A stretch of DNA of 64,000 nucleotides from Acidobacteriota bacterium (lineage in GTDB: Bacteria; Acidobacteriota; Thermoanaerobaculia; Gp7-AA8): positions 352,001-416,000 of the forward strand of contig JAFATB010000006.1 in the NCBI GenBank assembly GCA_019244185.1, given 5' to 3'. Each line of letters opens with the position of its first letter. Position 1 is the first letter of the stretch. Of the stretch, positions 29,963 to 39,242 are shown piece by piece. The notes under the pieces are model-generated. The model ran no database searches. It worked only from the letters and a program-made list of their open reading frames with translations, and was not told where the DNA came from. A program made the translations under genes and the position numbers.

Positions 29963-30904
29963 ATGGCGGAACGCGACTATTACGAAATCCTCGGCGTGAA
30001 AAAAGGTGCCTCCGAGGAGGAGATCAAGAAGGCGTATCGCAGCCTCGCCAAGAAGTTCCATCCCGACAAGAACAAGGGCAACAAGGACGCTGAGAACAAG
30101 TTCAAGGAGATCTCGGAAGCGTACGCGGTGCTCTCCGACAAGGAGAAACGCGAGCAATACGATCGGTTGGGGCGCGAGGCCTTCGGCCCCGGCGGTGCGA
30201 ATCCGTTCGCCGGCTTCGACTTCTCGCAGTTCATGGGCGGCGGCGGTGGCGGCGGACGCACGCGCCGCGGCGGCGGCGGTGCTGGCGGCGGACGAACCTC
30301 ATCGACGATCGACTTCACCGACATCTTCGGTGATCTCTTCGGCGGCGGCGGTGGCGGCGGCTTTCAGCAGGCGCCGTCGCGCGGCGAAGACGTCGCGGCC
30401 GAAACGACGATCGACTTCAAGGACGCGGTCGAAGGAACGACGCTCGACGTGCGCGTCGGCCACGAGCGCGTGAAAGTGAAAGTGCCGGAAGGCGTCGCCG
30501 ACGGACAGACGCTGCGCATCCGCGGCCGCGGCGGAAACGGCGCGAACGGCGGCCCCGCCGGCGATCTGCATCTGAAGATTCACGTTCGCCCGCATCCGTT
30601 TTTCGAGCGCCGCGGCGACGACATCTACATCGATCTGCCGATCACGGTCGGTGAGGCGATTCGCGGCGCGGAAGTGGACGTGCCGACGCTGCAGGGAAAC
30701 ATCCGCATGCGCATCCCCGCGGGTACGCAGACCGGCCGCACGCTCCGTCTCAGTGGCAAAGGCGTGAAGAAGAAGAGCGGCGCGGGCGATCAGTACATCC
30801 GCGTGATGGTGCACGTTCCGGCCTCCGCGCCGGCTGAGGCCGTCGATGCGATCGAGAACGCGTACGCTGAACATCCGCGCGCACAGTGGAAGACGACGCT
30901 GTAA
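29963..30904 (+). CDS. Class II J-domain chaperone (DnaJ/CbpA-like, no zinc finger)
   Basis: [13 protein letters not shown]-rich linker, DnaJ C-terminal domain; no CxxCxGxG repeats. Confidence 0.92.
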   Translation: MAERDYYEILGVKKGASEEEIKKAYRSLAKKFHPDKNKGNKDAENKFKEISEAYAVLSDKEKREQYDRLGREAFGPGGANPFAGFDFSQFMGGGGGGGRTRRGGGGAGGGRTSSTIDFTDIFGDLFGGGGGGGFQQAPSRGEDVAAETTIDFKDAVEGTTLDVRVGHERVKVKVPEGVADGQTLRIRGRGGNGANGGPAGDLHLKIHVRPHPFFERRGDDIYIDLPITVGEAIRGAEVDVPTLQGNIRMRIPAGTQTGRTLRLSGKGVKKKSGAGDQYIRVMVHVPASAPAEAVDAIENAYAEHPRAQWKTTL

Positions 30905-30919
30905 AGTTCCACTTCTTCG

Positions 30920-31351
30920 ATGCTGATCCAACTCCTGCGCGCGGATGTCACGTCTCTTAAAGTCGATGCGATCGTCGCTCCCGCCGATCCGCAGTCGGGC
31001 TCCGCGCGCGACGGCCGCGCGGTCGTGACGACGGGCGGGAACCTGCTCGCGCGCTTCGTGATCCACGTCGCGCTGCCGGATGCAAACGATGCCGACGCCG
31101 ACGCGAAACTGCGCCACGCCACGCTCGACGCGCTCGAACGCGCCGAGGAGCTCGCGGTGGCGTCGGTCGGCCTCCCTGCGATCGCGACGGGACCGTTCGG
31201 CTTCACCACCGACCGCTGCGCGCACGCGATGCTCGCCGCCGCGATCGAACACCGCCCGCGCGCGCGCTCGCTCCAACGCGCGGTGTTCTGCCTCTTCGGC
31301 GCCGACGAGTACCGCGCATTCGAGACGATCCTGCAGGAGCTCGACGCATGA
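30920..31351 (+). CDS. Macro-domain protein (divergent)
   Basis: ADVTSLKVDAIV, GNLLARFVIHV, SVGLPAIATGPFGF; NAAN and GGGV motifs are missing. Confidence 0.75.
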   Translation: MLIQLLRADVTSLKVDAIVAPADPQSGSARDGRAVVTTGGNLLARFVIHVALPDANDADADAKLRHATLDALERAEELAVASVGLPAIATGPFGFTTDRCAHAMLAAAIEHRPRARSLQRAVFCLFGADEYRAFETILQELDA

Positions 31352-32079
31352 CGTCCGCTGCCACCTTCGCCGACCAGATCTTCGTCATCGGCGACTCGCA
31401 CATCGGCCTCGCCGACGGCAACGAGTCGCGCGTGAACGCGTGGCTCGATCGCCTGCGCGCTTTGCATCCGCGCGCGCTCTACCTCAACGGCGATCTCTTT
31501 CACTACCTCATCGCCCATCCGAACTTCCGCACCTCATCGGTCGAAAAGGTTCTCGCGAAGTTCCGCGAGCTGCGCGACAGCGGCATCGCCATTCATTACG
31601 TCGAAGGCAACCGCGATTTCTTTCTCAAAGGCTCGTTCGTCGAGGACGCGGTCACCGACATCGCGCTCGAATACGCGATTCCCGCGGGCGATCACCGGTA
31701 CCTCATCGTGCACGGCGACGGCATCAACGATCGCGACTGGAAGTACCGCTTCTGGCGCCGCGCATCAAAAAATCCGCTCACGAAGCTCGGCGTGAAGCTG
31801 ATCCCGAAACGCACCGCACGCAAGTTCGTCGACGACGTGGAACGCCGCCTGTCGACATCGAACTTCAAACACAAATCGCGAATCCCCGCCGAGGTGATGC
31901 GCGACTACGCGTCCCGCCGCGCCCGCGAGGGCTACACGGACGTGGTGTTCGGCCACTTCCACCAGAAACTCGAACTCGACGGCGCCGCCAAGGTGACGGT
32001 CCTCCCCGCCTGGTACGAGTCCGGCGAAGCCATGGTCATCGACCCCAACACGGGCGCTGCCACGTTCGCGATCGTCTAG
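31348..32079 (+). CDS. LpxH-like metallophosphoesterase (UDP-2,3-diacylglucosamine hydrolase family)
   Basis: GDSHIG, NGDLF, EGNRDF, HGD, GHFH. Confidence 0.8.
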   Translation: MTSAATFADQIFVIGDSHIGLADGNESRVNAWLDRLRALHPRALYLNGDLFHYLIAHPNFRTSSVEKVLAKFRELRDSGIAIHYVEGNRDFFLKGSFVEDAVTDIALEYAIPAGDHRYLIVHGDGINDRDWKYRFWRRASKNPLTKLGVKLIPKRTARKFVDDVERRLSTSNFKHKSRIPAEVMRDYASRRAREGYTDVVFGHFHQKLELDGAAKVTVLPAWYESGEAMVIDPNTGAATFAIV

Positions 32080-32249
32080 GAGACGACCAGGGGGCCTCCG
32101 GCGGGCCGGCGCGGCCGGCGGCGCTAAGGGCTTAGCCAGTACGCACGTGCGGCTGCCGTCAACGCGAACAGCGCGACCGCACGCGCGTCTAGGCTAGGCC
32201 CTTAGCGCTGCCGGCCGCGCCGGCCCGCCGGAGGCCCCTCGTCGTCTCC
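32079..32249. repeat. 171-bp inverted-repeat element (two ~58-bp arms, 54-bp spacer); REP/BIME- or MITE-like
   Basis: Arm 32079-32137 and the reverse complement of 32192-32249 differ at only a few positions; the arm also matches 10071-10117. Confidence 0.9.
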
Positions 32250-32265
32250 CGTACAATCGCGCGCG

Positions 32266-33030
32266 ATGCGCGTCACGTTTTTGGGGACGGGGACTTCGAC
32301 GGGGGTGCCGGTGATTGGGTGCCGGTGCCGGGTGTGTACGTCGGACGATCCGCGGAACCAGCGGTTACGGCAGTCGGTGGCGATCGAGGCGGAGGGAAAA
32401 CATTTTCTGATTGATACGACGCCGGACTTGCGGCTGCAGTTGTTGCGGCATCCGATCCCGAGGTTGGATTTCGTGTTGTATACGCACTCGCATTCGGATC
32501 ATTTGATGGGATTGGACGACATCCGGCCGTTCAATTTCCGGCAGCGCGAATCGATTCATGCGTTCGCCAATCCGATGACGGCGAGAGCGATCCGGAGAGC
32601 GTTCGCGTACATCTGGGATACGTCGACGCAGATCGGCGGCGGGAAGCCGCAGCTCGAGTTGCATGAAGTTGAAGAGCGCTTCACGCATGAGGGTGTAGCG
32701 ATCACGCCGATCCCGGTCGCGCATGGCGACTGGACGATTCTCGGGTATCGCATTGGCGGGTTCGCGTACATCACGGACACGAGCGGGATTCCGGACGAAT
32801 CGATGGAACTGCTGAAGGGCGTGGACGTGCTGGCGTTGGATGGCTTGCGGCCGGCGCCGCGGCATCCGACGCATTTCACGATCGGCGAAGCGGTCGAATG
32901 CGCGAAGCGAGTCGGAGCGAAGACTACGTACATCATCCATCTCGCGCACGAGGTCGAGCACGCGGAGGTCGCGGCCACGTTGCCGGACGGCATCGAGCTC
33001 GCGTGGGACGGGCTGGCGTTCGACGTATGA
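32266..33030 (+). CDS. MBL-fold metallohydrolase, PhnP/YycJ-like
   Basis: LGTGTSTGVPVIGCRCRVC, IDTTPDLR, THSHSDHLMGLDD, AYITD, HLAH. Confidence 0.9.
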   Translation: MRVTFLGTGTSTGVPVIGCRCRVCTSDDPRNQRLRQSVAIEAEGKHFLIDTTPDLRLQLLRHPIPRLDFVLYTHSHSDHLMGLDDIRPFNFRQRESIHAFANPMTARAIRRAFAYIWDTSTQIGGGKPQLELHEVEERFTHEGVAITPIPVAHGDWTILGYRIGGFAYITDTSGIPDESMELLKGVDVLALDGLRPAPRHPTHFTIGEAVECAKRVGAKTTYIIHLAHEVEHAEVAATLPDGIELAWDGLAFDV

Positions 33031-34286
33031 AAATCATTCGCAAAGCGGGCGCGCTGGATGGCGTCGTCACCGCGCCGCCGTCGAAGAGCTACTCCGTGCG
33101 TGCGTTGTTGCTCGCGGCCATGGCAGAAGGGACGACGCGGGTCGAGAACTGTCTCGATGCGGACGACACGCGGTATGCGCTGGAAGCGTTGCGTGCGATC
33201 GGCTTCGCGGTGAGCGGCTCGATCGCGGCGGGCGTGACGGTGGGTGCGCGGACGTCGATGTCGGCGACGGAAGTGCCGATCTTCGTCGGCAACGCGGGAA
33301 CGGCCATGCGGTTTTTCACGGGCTGGCTCGCGTTCACGCCGGGGCGTTTCCTTCTTTCCGGCGAGCAGCGGATGCATGAACGCCCGATCGGCGACCTGGT
33401 GGAGGTACTGCTTTCCATCAGCGGGGAAGTGGAGTACGTCGAGCGGGAAGGCTTTCCGCCGCTGCGCATCCGCGGCAAAAAAATGCGCGGCGGCTTCGAC
33501 GTCGCGATCTCGGCGGAGACGTCGAGCCAGTTCGTCTCCGCGCTCATGCTCGGCGGCGCGGTGCTGCCCGACGGCATCACGCTGCGGCTCTCCTCGATCG
33601 CGTCGGGGCCGTACCTCGACATCACCGCCGACATCCTGCGCACCTTCGGCGCGCGCGTCACGCGCGACGGCGACGTCATTCACGTGCGCGCGGGGCGGCT
33701 GGCGCAGGAGACGTATCGCGTCGAAGGCGACTGGTCGTCCGCGTCGTACTGGTTCGCGGCCGCGGCGGCGACCGGCGGCACGATGCGCGTGCGCGGTCTT
33801 GCGGTGCCGACGGCGCAGGGCGACGCCGGCTTCATCGACATCCTCGCGGCGATGGGCTGTGCGATCGAAGCGGGCGCGGACGAAGTCGTCGTGCGCGGAC
33901 CGGAGCGGTTGCGCGGCGGCACGTTCGACTGCAACGCCACGCCTGACATCGTCCCGACGCTCGCCGCGATCGCGCCGCTCGCATCGACGCCGGTGGAGAT
34001 CGTGAACGTCGCGAACCTGCGCGTGAAGGAATCGGATCGCCTGGCGACCGTCACGAGCGAGCTGCGGCGCCTCGGCGCGGTCGTCGAAGAGCGGCCGGAT
34101 GCACTGCGCATCGAACCCGGCTGGAGCGATGCGCCGGCGACGATCGAGACGCACAACGATCACCGCATCGCCATGGCCTTCGCCATCGCCGGCATCGCGC
34201 GCGGCAACGTGACCATCGGCAAAGAGCAGGTCGTTTCGAAGTCGTATCCGCGATTCTGGAAAACGCTCGACGAAGTGCTCGGATAG
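33027..34286 (+). CDS. aroA: EPSP synthase
   Basis: PPSKS, GNAGTAMRF, ERPI, SSQFVSALM, EGDWSSASY, NLRVKESDR, NDHRIAMAF, KSYP. Confidence 0.96.
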   Translation: MKIIRKAGALDGVVTAPPSKSYSVRALLLAAMAEGTTRVENCLDADDTRYALEALRAIGFAVSGSIAAGVTVGARTSMSATEVPIFVGNAGTAMRFFTGWLAFTPGRFLLSGEQRMHERPIGDLVEVLLSISGEVEYVEREGFPPLRIRGKKMRGGFDVAISAETSSQFVSALMLGGAVLPDGITLRLSSIASGPYLDITADILRTFGARVTRDGDVIHVRAGRLAQETYRVEGDWSSASYWFAAAAATGGTMRVRGLAVPTAQGDAGFIDILAAMGCAIEAGADEVVVRGPERLRGGTFDCNATPDIVPTLAAIAPLASTPVEIVNVANLRVKESDRLATVTSELRRLGAVVEERPDALRIEPGWSDAPATIETHNDHRIAMAFAIAGIARGNVTIGKEQVVSKSYPRFWKTLDEVLG

Positions 34287-34300
34287 ACTCTCCTCCGCCC

Positions 34301-35629
34301 ATGTCCGCGTGGTATCTGCTGCTGGCGCTGTTCTTCGTGCTCGCGAACGGCTTCTTCGTCGCCGCCGAGTTCGCGATCGTGAAGGTGCGGCCGACGCAGC
34401 TCACCGAAGGCGGCGCGCGCGCGCGCATGACCCGGCGCGTGCACCGGCGGCTCGATGCGTATCTCGCCGCGTGTCAGGTCGGGATCACCTTCGCCTCGCT
34501 CGCGCTGGGGTGGGTCGGCGAGCCGGCGTTCGCGACGATCCTCATGCCGCTGCTGCGCTCGTCCGGCGCGTTCGCGGAGCCGATCGCGCATTCGATCTCC
34601 GCGACCGTCTCCTTCATCCTCATCTCCGCGCTGCACATCATCTTCGGCGAGCAGGTGCCGAAGTTCCTCGCCATCCAAAAGTCCGCCGGCACCGCGCTCT
34701 GGACCGCGCACGTGCTGCACGGCTTCTACGTCTTCACGTATCCCGCGATCTGGGTGCTGCGCGGCCTCACGAACGCCGCGCTGCGCCTCTTCCGCATCCA
34801 TCCCGCGGCGGAAGACGAGGCCGTGCATTCGGTCGACGAGCTGCGCATGATCCTCGCGAGCTCGGAGAAGGCAGGCATCCTCTCCGAAGAAAACCGCGAG
34901 ATCATCGAAGGCGTCTTCCAGTTCTCGAAGCGCACCGCGCGGCAGATCATGGTGCCGCGCACCGACGTCGTCATTCTCTCTACGACGAAGTCGATCGAAG
35001 AGAATCTCGAGACCATCCGCACGACGCGCCACACGCGCTATCCGCTGTGCGAGGGCACGCTCGATCAGACCGTCGGCCTCATTCACGTCAAGGATCTGCT
35101 GCTCGCGCAGCTGCGCGGACCGGGACGCAAGCTCGAAGACCTCAAGCGCGACATCCTCTTCGTGCCGGAGAACAGCACCGTCGAGTCGCTGCTCTCGCAG
35201 TTCATCGAGCAGAAGACGCACATGGCCGTCGTCGTCGACGAGTACGGCGGCTCCTCGGGCATCGTCTCGCTGGAGAACATCACTGAAGAGCTGTTCGGGC
35301 AGATTCAGGACGAGTTCGATCGCGAGCGACCGGAGATCGAGCCGCTCGGCAACGGACGCTATCGCGTGCGCGGCGACTATCTGATTGAGGATCTCGCCGA
35401 TCGCCTCAAGATCGACGTCGGCGAACCGGAAGAAGAAACCGTCGGCGGCTACGTCGCCGCGCGCCTCGGGCGCGAGGCGATGCCGGGCGATCGCGTCGAG
35501 CTGCGCGATCTCACCATCACCGTGCTCGAGGCCGAACGGTTCCGCGTGCGTTGGGTCACCGTGGAAACAAAACTGCCGGCCACGGAGCCGGCAGAGGAAG
35601 AAGAAGAACGAGACGCGGCGGGCGTCTGA
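34301..35629 (+). CDS. CNNM/CBS/CorC (hemolysin-family) membrane protein
   Basis: NGFFVAAEFAIVKVR, GEQVPK, IMVPRTD, HTRYP, VVDEYGG, EELFGQIQDEFD. Confidence 0.92.
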   Translation: MSAWYLLLALFFVLANGFFVAAEFAIVKVRPTQLTEGGARARMTRRVHRRLDAYLAACQVGITFASLALGWVGEPAFATILMPLLRSSGAFAEPIAHSISATVSFILISALHIIFGEQVPKFLAIQKSAGTALWTAHVLHGFYVFTYPAIWVLRGLTNAALRLFRIHPAAEDEAVHSVDELRMILASSEKAGILSEENREIIEGVFQFSKRTARQIMVPRTDVVILSTTKSIEENLETIRTTRHTRYPLCEGTLDQTVGLIHVKDLLLAQLRGPGRKLEDLKRDILFVPENSTVESLLSQFIEQKTHMAVVVDEYGGSSGIVSLENITEELFGQIQDEFDRERPEIEPLGNGRYRVRGDYLIEDLADRLKIDVGEPEEETVGGYVAARLGREAMPGDRVELRDLTITVLEAERFRVRWVTVETKLPATEPAEEEEERDAAGV

Positions 35630-35653
35630 GCCCGCGCGCGTCGTTGTGTGTTG

Positions 35654-35806
35654 TCAGTGCTTGCGGAAGATGCCCGTCAGTTTCCCGGGAAGGTTCGACA
35701 TCATCCGCCAAGCCCGCGACATCATGCCGTTGTCCTGCTCGACGTGGTTCGCGTGGCGTGCGTAGCGCGATTCTTTCAAGATCCCATTGGTTTCCTGGAT
35801 TCGCAT
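35654..35806 (-). CDS. Unannotated small protein (50 aa)
   Basis: MRIQETNGILKESRYARHANHVEQDNGMMSRAWRMMSNLPGKLTGIFRKH; strong RBS AAGGAGG 4 nt upstream; fills the intergenic gap; below the ORF-track cutoff. Confidence 0.65.
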   Translation of the reverse strand: MRIQETNGILKESRYARHANHVEQDNGMMSRAWRMMSNLPGKLTGIFRKH

Positions 35807-35831
35807 CTAACCTCCTTCACCATCAGTTATT

Positions 35832-35847
35832 TGCGAACGGGATGCCA
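35832..35847 (-). promoter_or_regulatory. sigma54-like promoter
   Basis: TGGCATCCCGTTCGCA (GG-N10-GC) upstream of the RBS of the 50-aa ORF. Confidence 0.55.
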
Positions 35848-35849
35848 CC

Positions 35850-36590
35850 TTAGCGGGAGCCGTCCGAGACCGCCTTCTCGTGATACGCGACGACGATGTC
35901 GCGCACCTGCTCGGGCTCGTCGACGACGTGGATGTTGTCGACGTCTTCCTGCGTGATGTTGTTCGCGTCGAGCACGCGCTTGCGCAGCCAGTCGATCATT
36001 CCCGCCCAATACTCCGTGCCGAAGAGGATCACCGGAAAGTCGGAGATCTTCTTCGTCTGGATGAGCACGAGCGCGCCGAAGAGCTCGTCGAGCGTGCCGA
36101 AGCCGCCGGGGAAGGTGACGAATGCCTCCGAGTACTTCACGAACATCGTCTTGCGCACGAAGAAGTAGCGGAACGTCATCGCCTTGTCGACGAAGGTGTT
36201 GACCTCCTGCTCGAACGGCAGCTCGATGTTGCAGCCGATCGAGAGCGCGCCTGCCTGCCGCGCGCCTTTGTTCGCCGCTTCCATGATGCCGGGGCCGCCG
36301 CCGGTGATGATCGCGAAGCCCGCGCGTCCGAGGAGCTCCGCGGTGCGCACGGCGAGGTCGTAGTAGCGGTCGGAGAGCACCGTGCGCGCGGAGCCGAAGA
36401 TCGACACCGCGGGGTAGACGTCGGCGAGGTGATCGAAACCGGAGACGAACTCGCTCGTGATCCGCAGCACGCGCCACGATTCGCTCTGCAGCGTTTCCTC
36501 GCGGGTGGGACGGTCGAGCAGCTTGCGGTCTTCGAGAGACTCGCGCCGGGTGGGAGGGATGTGCAGCTTCGGGTCGTCGTCGTGCGCCAT
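35850..36590 (-). CDS. LOG-family nucleotide phosphoribohydrolase (TIGR00730-like)
   Basis: SIFGSAR, TGGGPGIMEAANKGA, FFVRKTMFVK, PGGFGTLDEL. Confidence 0.93.
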   Translation of the reverse strand: MAHDDDPKLHIPPTRRESLEDRKLLDRPTREETLQSESWRVLRITSEFVSGFDHLADVYPAVSIFGSARTVLSDRYYDLAVRTAELLGRAGFAIITGGGPGIMEAANKGARQAGALSIGCNIELPFEQEVNTFVDKAMTFRYFFVRKTMFVKYSEAFVTFPGGFGTLDELFGALVLIQTKKISDFPVILFGTEYWAGMIDWLRKRVLDANNITQEDVDNIHVVDEPEQVRDIVVAYHEKAVSDGSR

Positions 36591-36654
36591 GCGGCGCATT
36601 CTATGGATGTGGAGCGGCGGACGCGCGCCCGCCGCTCCGATTCTCAACGGGAGA

Positions 36655-37137
36655 TTACTGGCGCAGCTTGATGACGGCGGTCTCGACGAGCTTGTCGCCC
36701 GGCAGTCCGCTCTGCCACGCGGTGGCGCGCACGCTGCCCGTCTCGCTCATCGTGCCGAACGCGGTGCGCACGCGGAAGCGAACCGTCGAACGCTCGGCCG
36801 GCTGGATGTTGCCGAACGTGAAGCGATAGAGGTTCGAGCCCGGCGAGTGCATGACGTTGATGCCGCGGTCGTTGGTCTGATCGAGCACGATCAGCTGCGA
36901 CGGCAGCTCGACCTCGAGCAGCACGTCCTGGATGTTGTTCACGCCGGCGTTCGAGATCGTGACGTCGAGATTGTCGACGCCCTGCTCCGGCAGATCGTCC
37001 GGATGCGCGATGTTGAGCTTGAGCAGCTGTCCGCGCGTCGTCACGGCCATGCCGCTGCTCTTGCACGCGCCCGCGGTGAGCAGCGCCAAGGCGAGCACGA
37101 CCATCGTGCCGATCGTCAGAATCTGTTTGCGGTTCAT
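36655..37137 (-). CDS. Lipoprotein with Ig-like (DUF11-like) domain
   Basis: Lipobox AGAC; AGAAGGAG RBS; beta-rich VTISNAG..DVLLEVELP..FGNIQP. Confidence 0.7.
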   Translation of the reverse strand: MNRKQILTIGTMVVLALALLTAGACKSSGMAVTTRGQLLKLNIAHPDDLPEQGVDNLDVTISNAGVNNIQDVLLEVELPSQLIVLDQTNDRGINVMHSPGSNLYRFTFGNIQPAERSTVRFRVRTAFGTMSETGSVRATAWQSGLPGDKLVETAVIKLRQ

Positions 37138-37207
37138 TCAAAATCTCCTTCTGTCGCGCGACCGCTGGACTGCGGCCGCTGAGCGGTGTTATTAGCAAAC
37201 TTGGGAC

Positions 37208-37223
37208 CGGCACGAGAGGTGCT
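37208..37223 (+). promoter_or_regulatory. sigma54-like promoter (weak)
   Basis: CGGCACGAGAGGTGCT, GG-N10-GC, 16 nt before ATG 37239. Confidence 0.35.
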
Positions 37224-37238
37224 GGGCTCGCCCGCGCT

Positions 37239-38180
37239 ATGGAGTACTTCATCGGCGTCGACGGGGGCGCCTCGAAAACCGCCGCGATCGTCGTCGATGA
37301 AAGCGGCCACATCCACGGCCGCGGTCTCGCCGGCGGCTCGAACCATCTCCGCGTCGGCATCGAGGAAGCAACGCGCAACATCGAGCGCGCCGTGAACATC
37401 GCCCTCGTCGAGGCCGGCATCGCGATTCGCAACGTCGAGTACGCGTACTGCGGCGTCGCCGGCTCCGATCATCCCGCGCACCGCCAGCGCGTCATCGATT
37501 CGCTGAAGATTTTCTTTCCGCGCGGCAACTTCATCGTCGACACCGACGCGCGCATCGCGCTGACCGGCGCGGTCGGCTTCGGCGCGGGCGTGGTCGTGAT
37601 CGCGGGCACGGGCTCGGTCGCGTTCGGCCGCAACGAGGGCAACGGCGAAGCGCGCGCCGGCGGCTGGGGTCCCACCCTGGGCGATGAAGGCAGCGGGTTC
37701 TGGATCGCGCGCGAAGGCCTCTCCGCGATCGTGCGCGCGCACGACGGCCGCGGCTTCGCGACGAAGATGACCGATCTGCTCTGCGACGACTACGACATGT
37801 GCAGCCCCGAGGAGCTGCCGCGGTTCGTGTACGCAACGACGACGCATGCGGATGACATCGCGCGTTACGGCAAGCTCGTCATCGAAGCAGCACAGGCGGG
37901 CGACGACATCGCGCGAGACATCCTCGCGCGCGGCGGCTCCGAGCTCGCGGAGTGCGTGCTCGCGGTCGCGCGCAAGCTGCATCTGACGGACGTGGCGTTT
38001 CCCGTCGCGTACGTCGGCGGCGCGTTTCACGCGGGCGAGCTGCTGCTCAATCCGATGCGTCTGCGGTTGCAGCGCGACGCGCCGGGAGCGTCGCTCGTCG
38101 CGCCGTTGAAGCCTCCCGTGGAAGGGGCGGCGATGATGGCGATGAAGGCGGCCGAGAAGCCGCGCGCGGGTCGAGCCTAG
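37239..38180 (+). CDS. BadF/BadG/BcrA/BcrD-family sugar kinase (GlcNAc/MurNAc kinase-like)
   Basis: GVDGGASKT, VDTDA, IAGTGS, GGWGPTLGDEGSG, VGG. Confidence 0.88.
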   Translation: MEYFIGVDGGASKTAAIVVDESGHIHGRGLAGGSNHLRVGIEEATRNIERAVNIALVEAGIAIRNVEYAYCGVAGSDHPAHRQRVIDSLKIFFPRGNFIVDTDARIALTGAVGFGAGVVVIAGTGSVAFGRNEGNGEARAGGWGPTLGDEGSGFWIAREGLSAIVRAHDGRGFATKMTDLLCDDYDMCSPEELPRFVYATTTHADDIARYGKLVIEAAQAGDDIARDILARGGSELAECVLAVARKLHLTDVAFPVAYVGGAFHAGELLLNPMRLRLQRDAPGASLVAPLKPPVEGAAMMAMKAAEKPRAGRA

Positions 38181-38187
38181 TCGACCC

Positions 38188-38220
38188 TGAGGGCATAGCC
38201 GATTCGCACGTGCGGCTGCA
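38188..38220. repeat. Intergenic repeat, degenerate copy 3
   Basis: AGGGCATAGCC-GATT-CGCACGTGCGGCTGC, compared with AGGGCTTAGCC-AGTA-CGCACGTGCGGCTGC (32127) and AGGGCCTAGCC-TATC-CGCACGTGGGGTGC (10107). Confidence 0.65.
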
Positions 38221-38242
38221 CTGAAGTACATTTCGCGCGGCT

Positions 38243-39241
38243 TTGCGGTTTCTCCACGCGATCGATCTGCGGCTGCTGCTCGTGCTCTTCGCGCTGCTCG
38301 TCAGCGTGGAGATCCTGCGCGCGTCGGGCATGCTCGATCTGTTCGTCGCGCGCTCGGTCGCGCACTTTCATTCGACGCGCGGCTTCGCGTGCGCGCTGAT
38401 CGCGTTCGGCGGCATCCTCGCGACGCTCGTGACGAACGACGTGGCGCTCTTCGTCGTCATCCCGATCACGATCATCGCCAGCCGCTTCACCGACTTCGAC
38501 GTCGAAGACGCGGTCGTGCTCGAGATCATCGCGGCGAATCTCATCGGCTGTCTCACGCCGCTCGGCAATCCGCAGAATCTGTTTCTCTTTCATCGCAGCG
38601 GCTGGAGTGCGGCGCACTTCGTCGCGACGATGTCGCCGTTCGTCGCGTGGTCGCTCATCGGCATCGCGCTCGCCGTCGTGCTCCTCGGCCGCTCGCGTCC
38701 GATGCAGCGCACTGACGTCGCTCTGCCGCCGCGGGATGCGCGCGCGGCGATGGTCGGTGGCGCGTGCTTCGTGCTCGTGCTGCTCGAAGTCGCGCGCATC
38801 GTTCCCGCATGGGTCGCCGCCGCGGCGGCGCTCGTCGCGGGCATCGCGTTGCTGCGCCGCCGTATGCTGCGCATCGACTACTCGATCCTGCCGATCTTCC
38901 TCGTCGCGTTCGTCGTCGTGGAGGCGCTGCGCCCGCTCGCGCGCGGGATCGAGACGAACGTCTACTTCGCCTCGATCGCCGCGTCGCAGATCATCAGCAA
39001 CGTCCCCGCGGCCGTGCTGTTCGCGCCGTTCGCGCGCGGCGACTGGCGCGCGTTGCTCTACGGCGTGAACGCGGGCGGCTGCGGCACGATCGTCGCCTCG
39101 CTCGCGAACCTCCTCGGCTGGCGCATCTATGCGCGCGAGTCGAACCGCGATCCGCACTTCTTCCGCCGCCTCACCGCGATCAACGCCGCGTTTCTGGCGT
39201 GGATCGCGGCGGGCGGCTGGCTGTTGCTGCGCTGGCTCTGA
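38243..39241 (+). CDS. ArsB/NhaD/SLC13-superfamily anion transporter (YbiR-like)
   Basis: VTNDVAL, AANLIGCLTPLGNPQNL, SQIISNVPAA, GTIVASLANL. Confidence 0.85.
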   Translation: MRFLHAIDLRLLLVLFALLVSVEILRASGMLDLFVARSVAHFHSTRGFACALIAFGGILATLVTNDVALFVVIPITIIASRFTDFDVEDAVVLEIIAANLIGCLTPLGNPQNLFLFHRSGWSAAHFVATMSPFVAWSLIGIALAVVLLGRSRPMQRTDVALPPRDARAAMVGGACFVLVLLEVARIVPAWVAAAAALVAGIALLRRRMLRIDYSILPIFLVAFVVVEALRPLARGIETNVYFASIAASQIISNVPAAVLFAPFARGDWRALLYGVNAGGCGTIVASLANLLGWRIYARESNRDPHFFRRLTAINAAFLAWIAAGGWLLLRWL

Positions 39242-39242
39242 A

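Noticed and set aside
30236-30361. GGC trinucleotide runs
   Set aside because: They encode the normal Gly/Phe-rich linker of the J-domain protein.
32079-32249. Autonomous IS element or tRNA/ncRNA gene
   Set aside because: No transposase, no clear target-site duplication, no tRNA cloverleaf or recognisable Rfam motif; kept only as a repeat.
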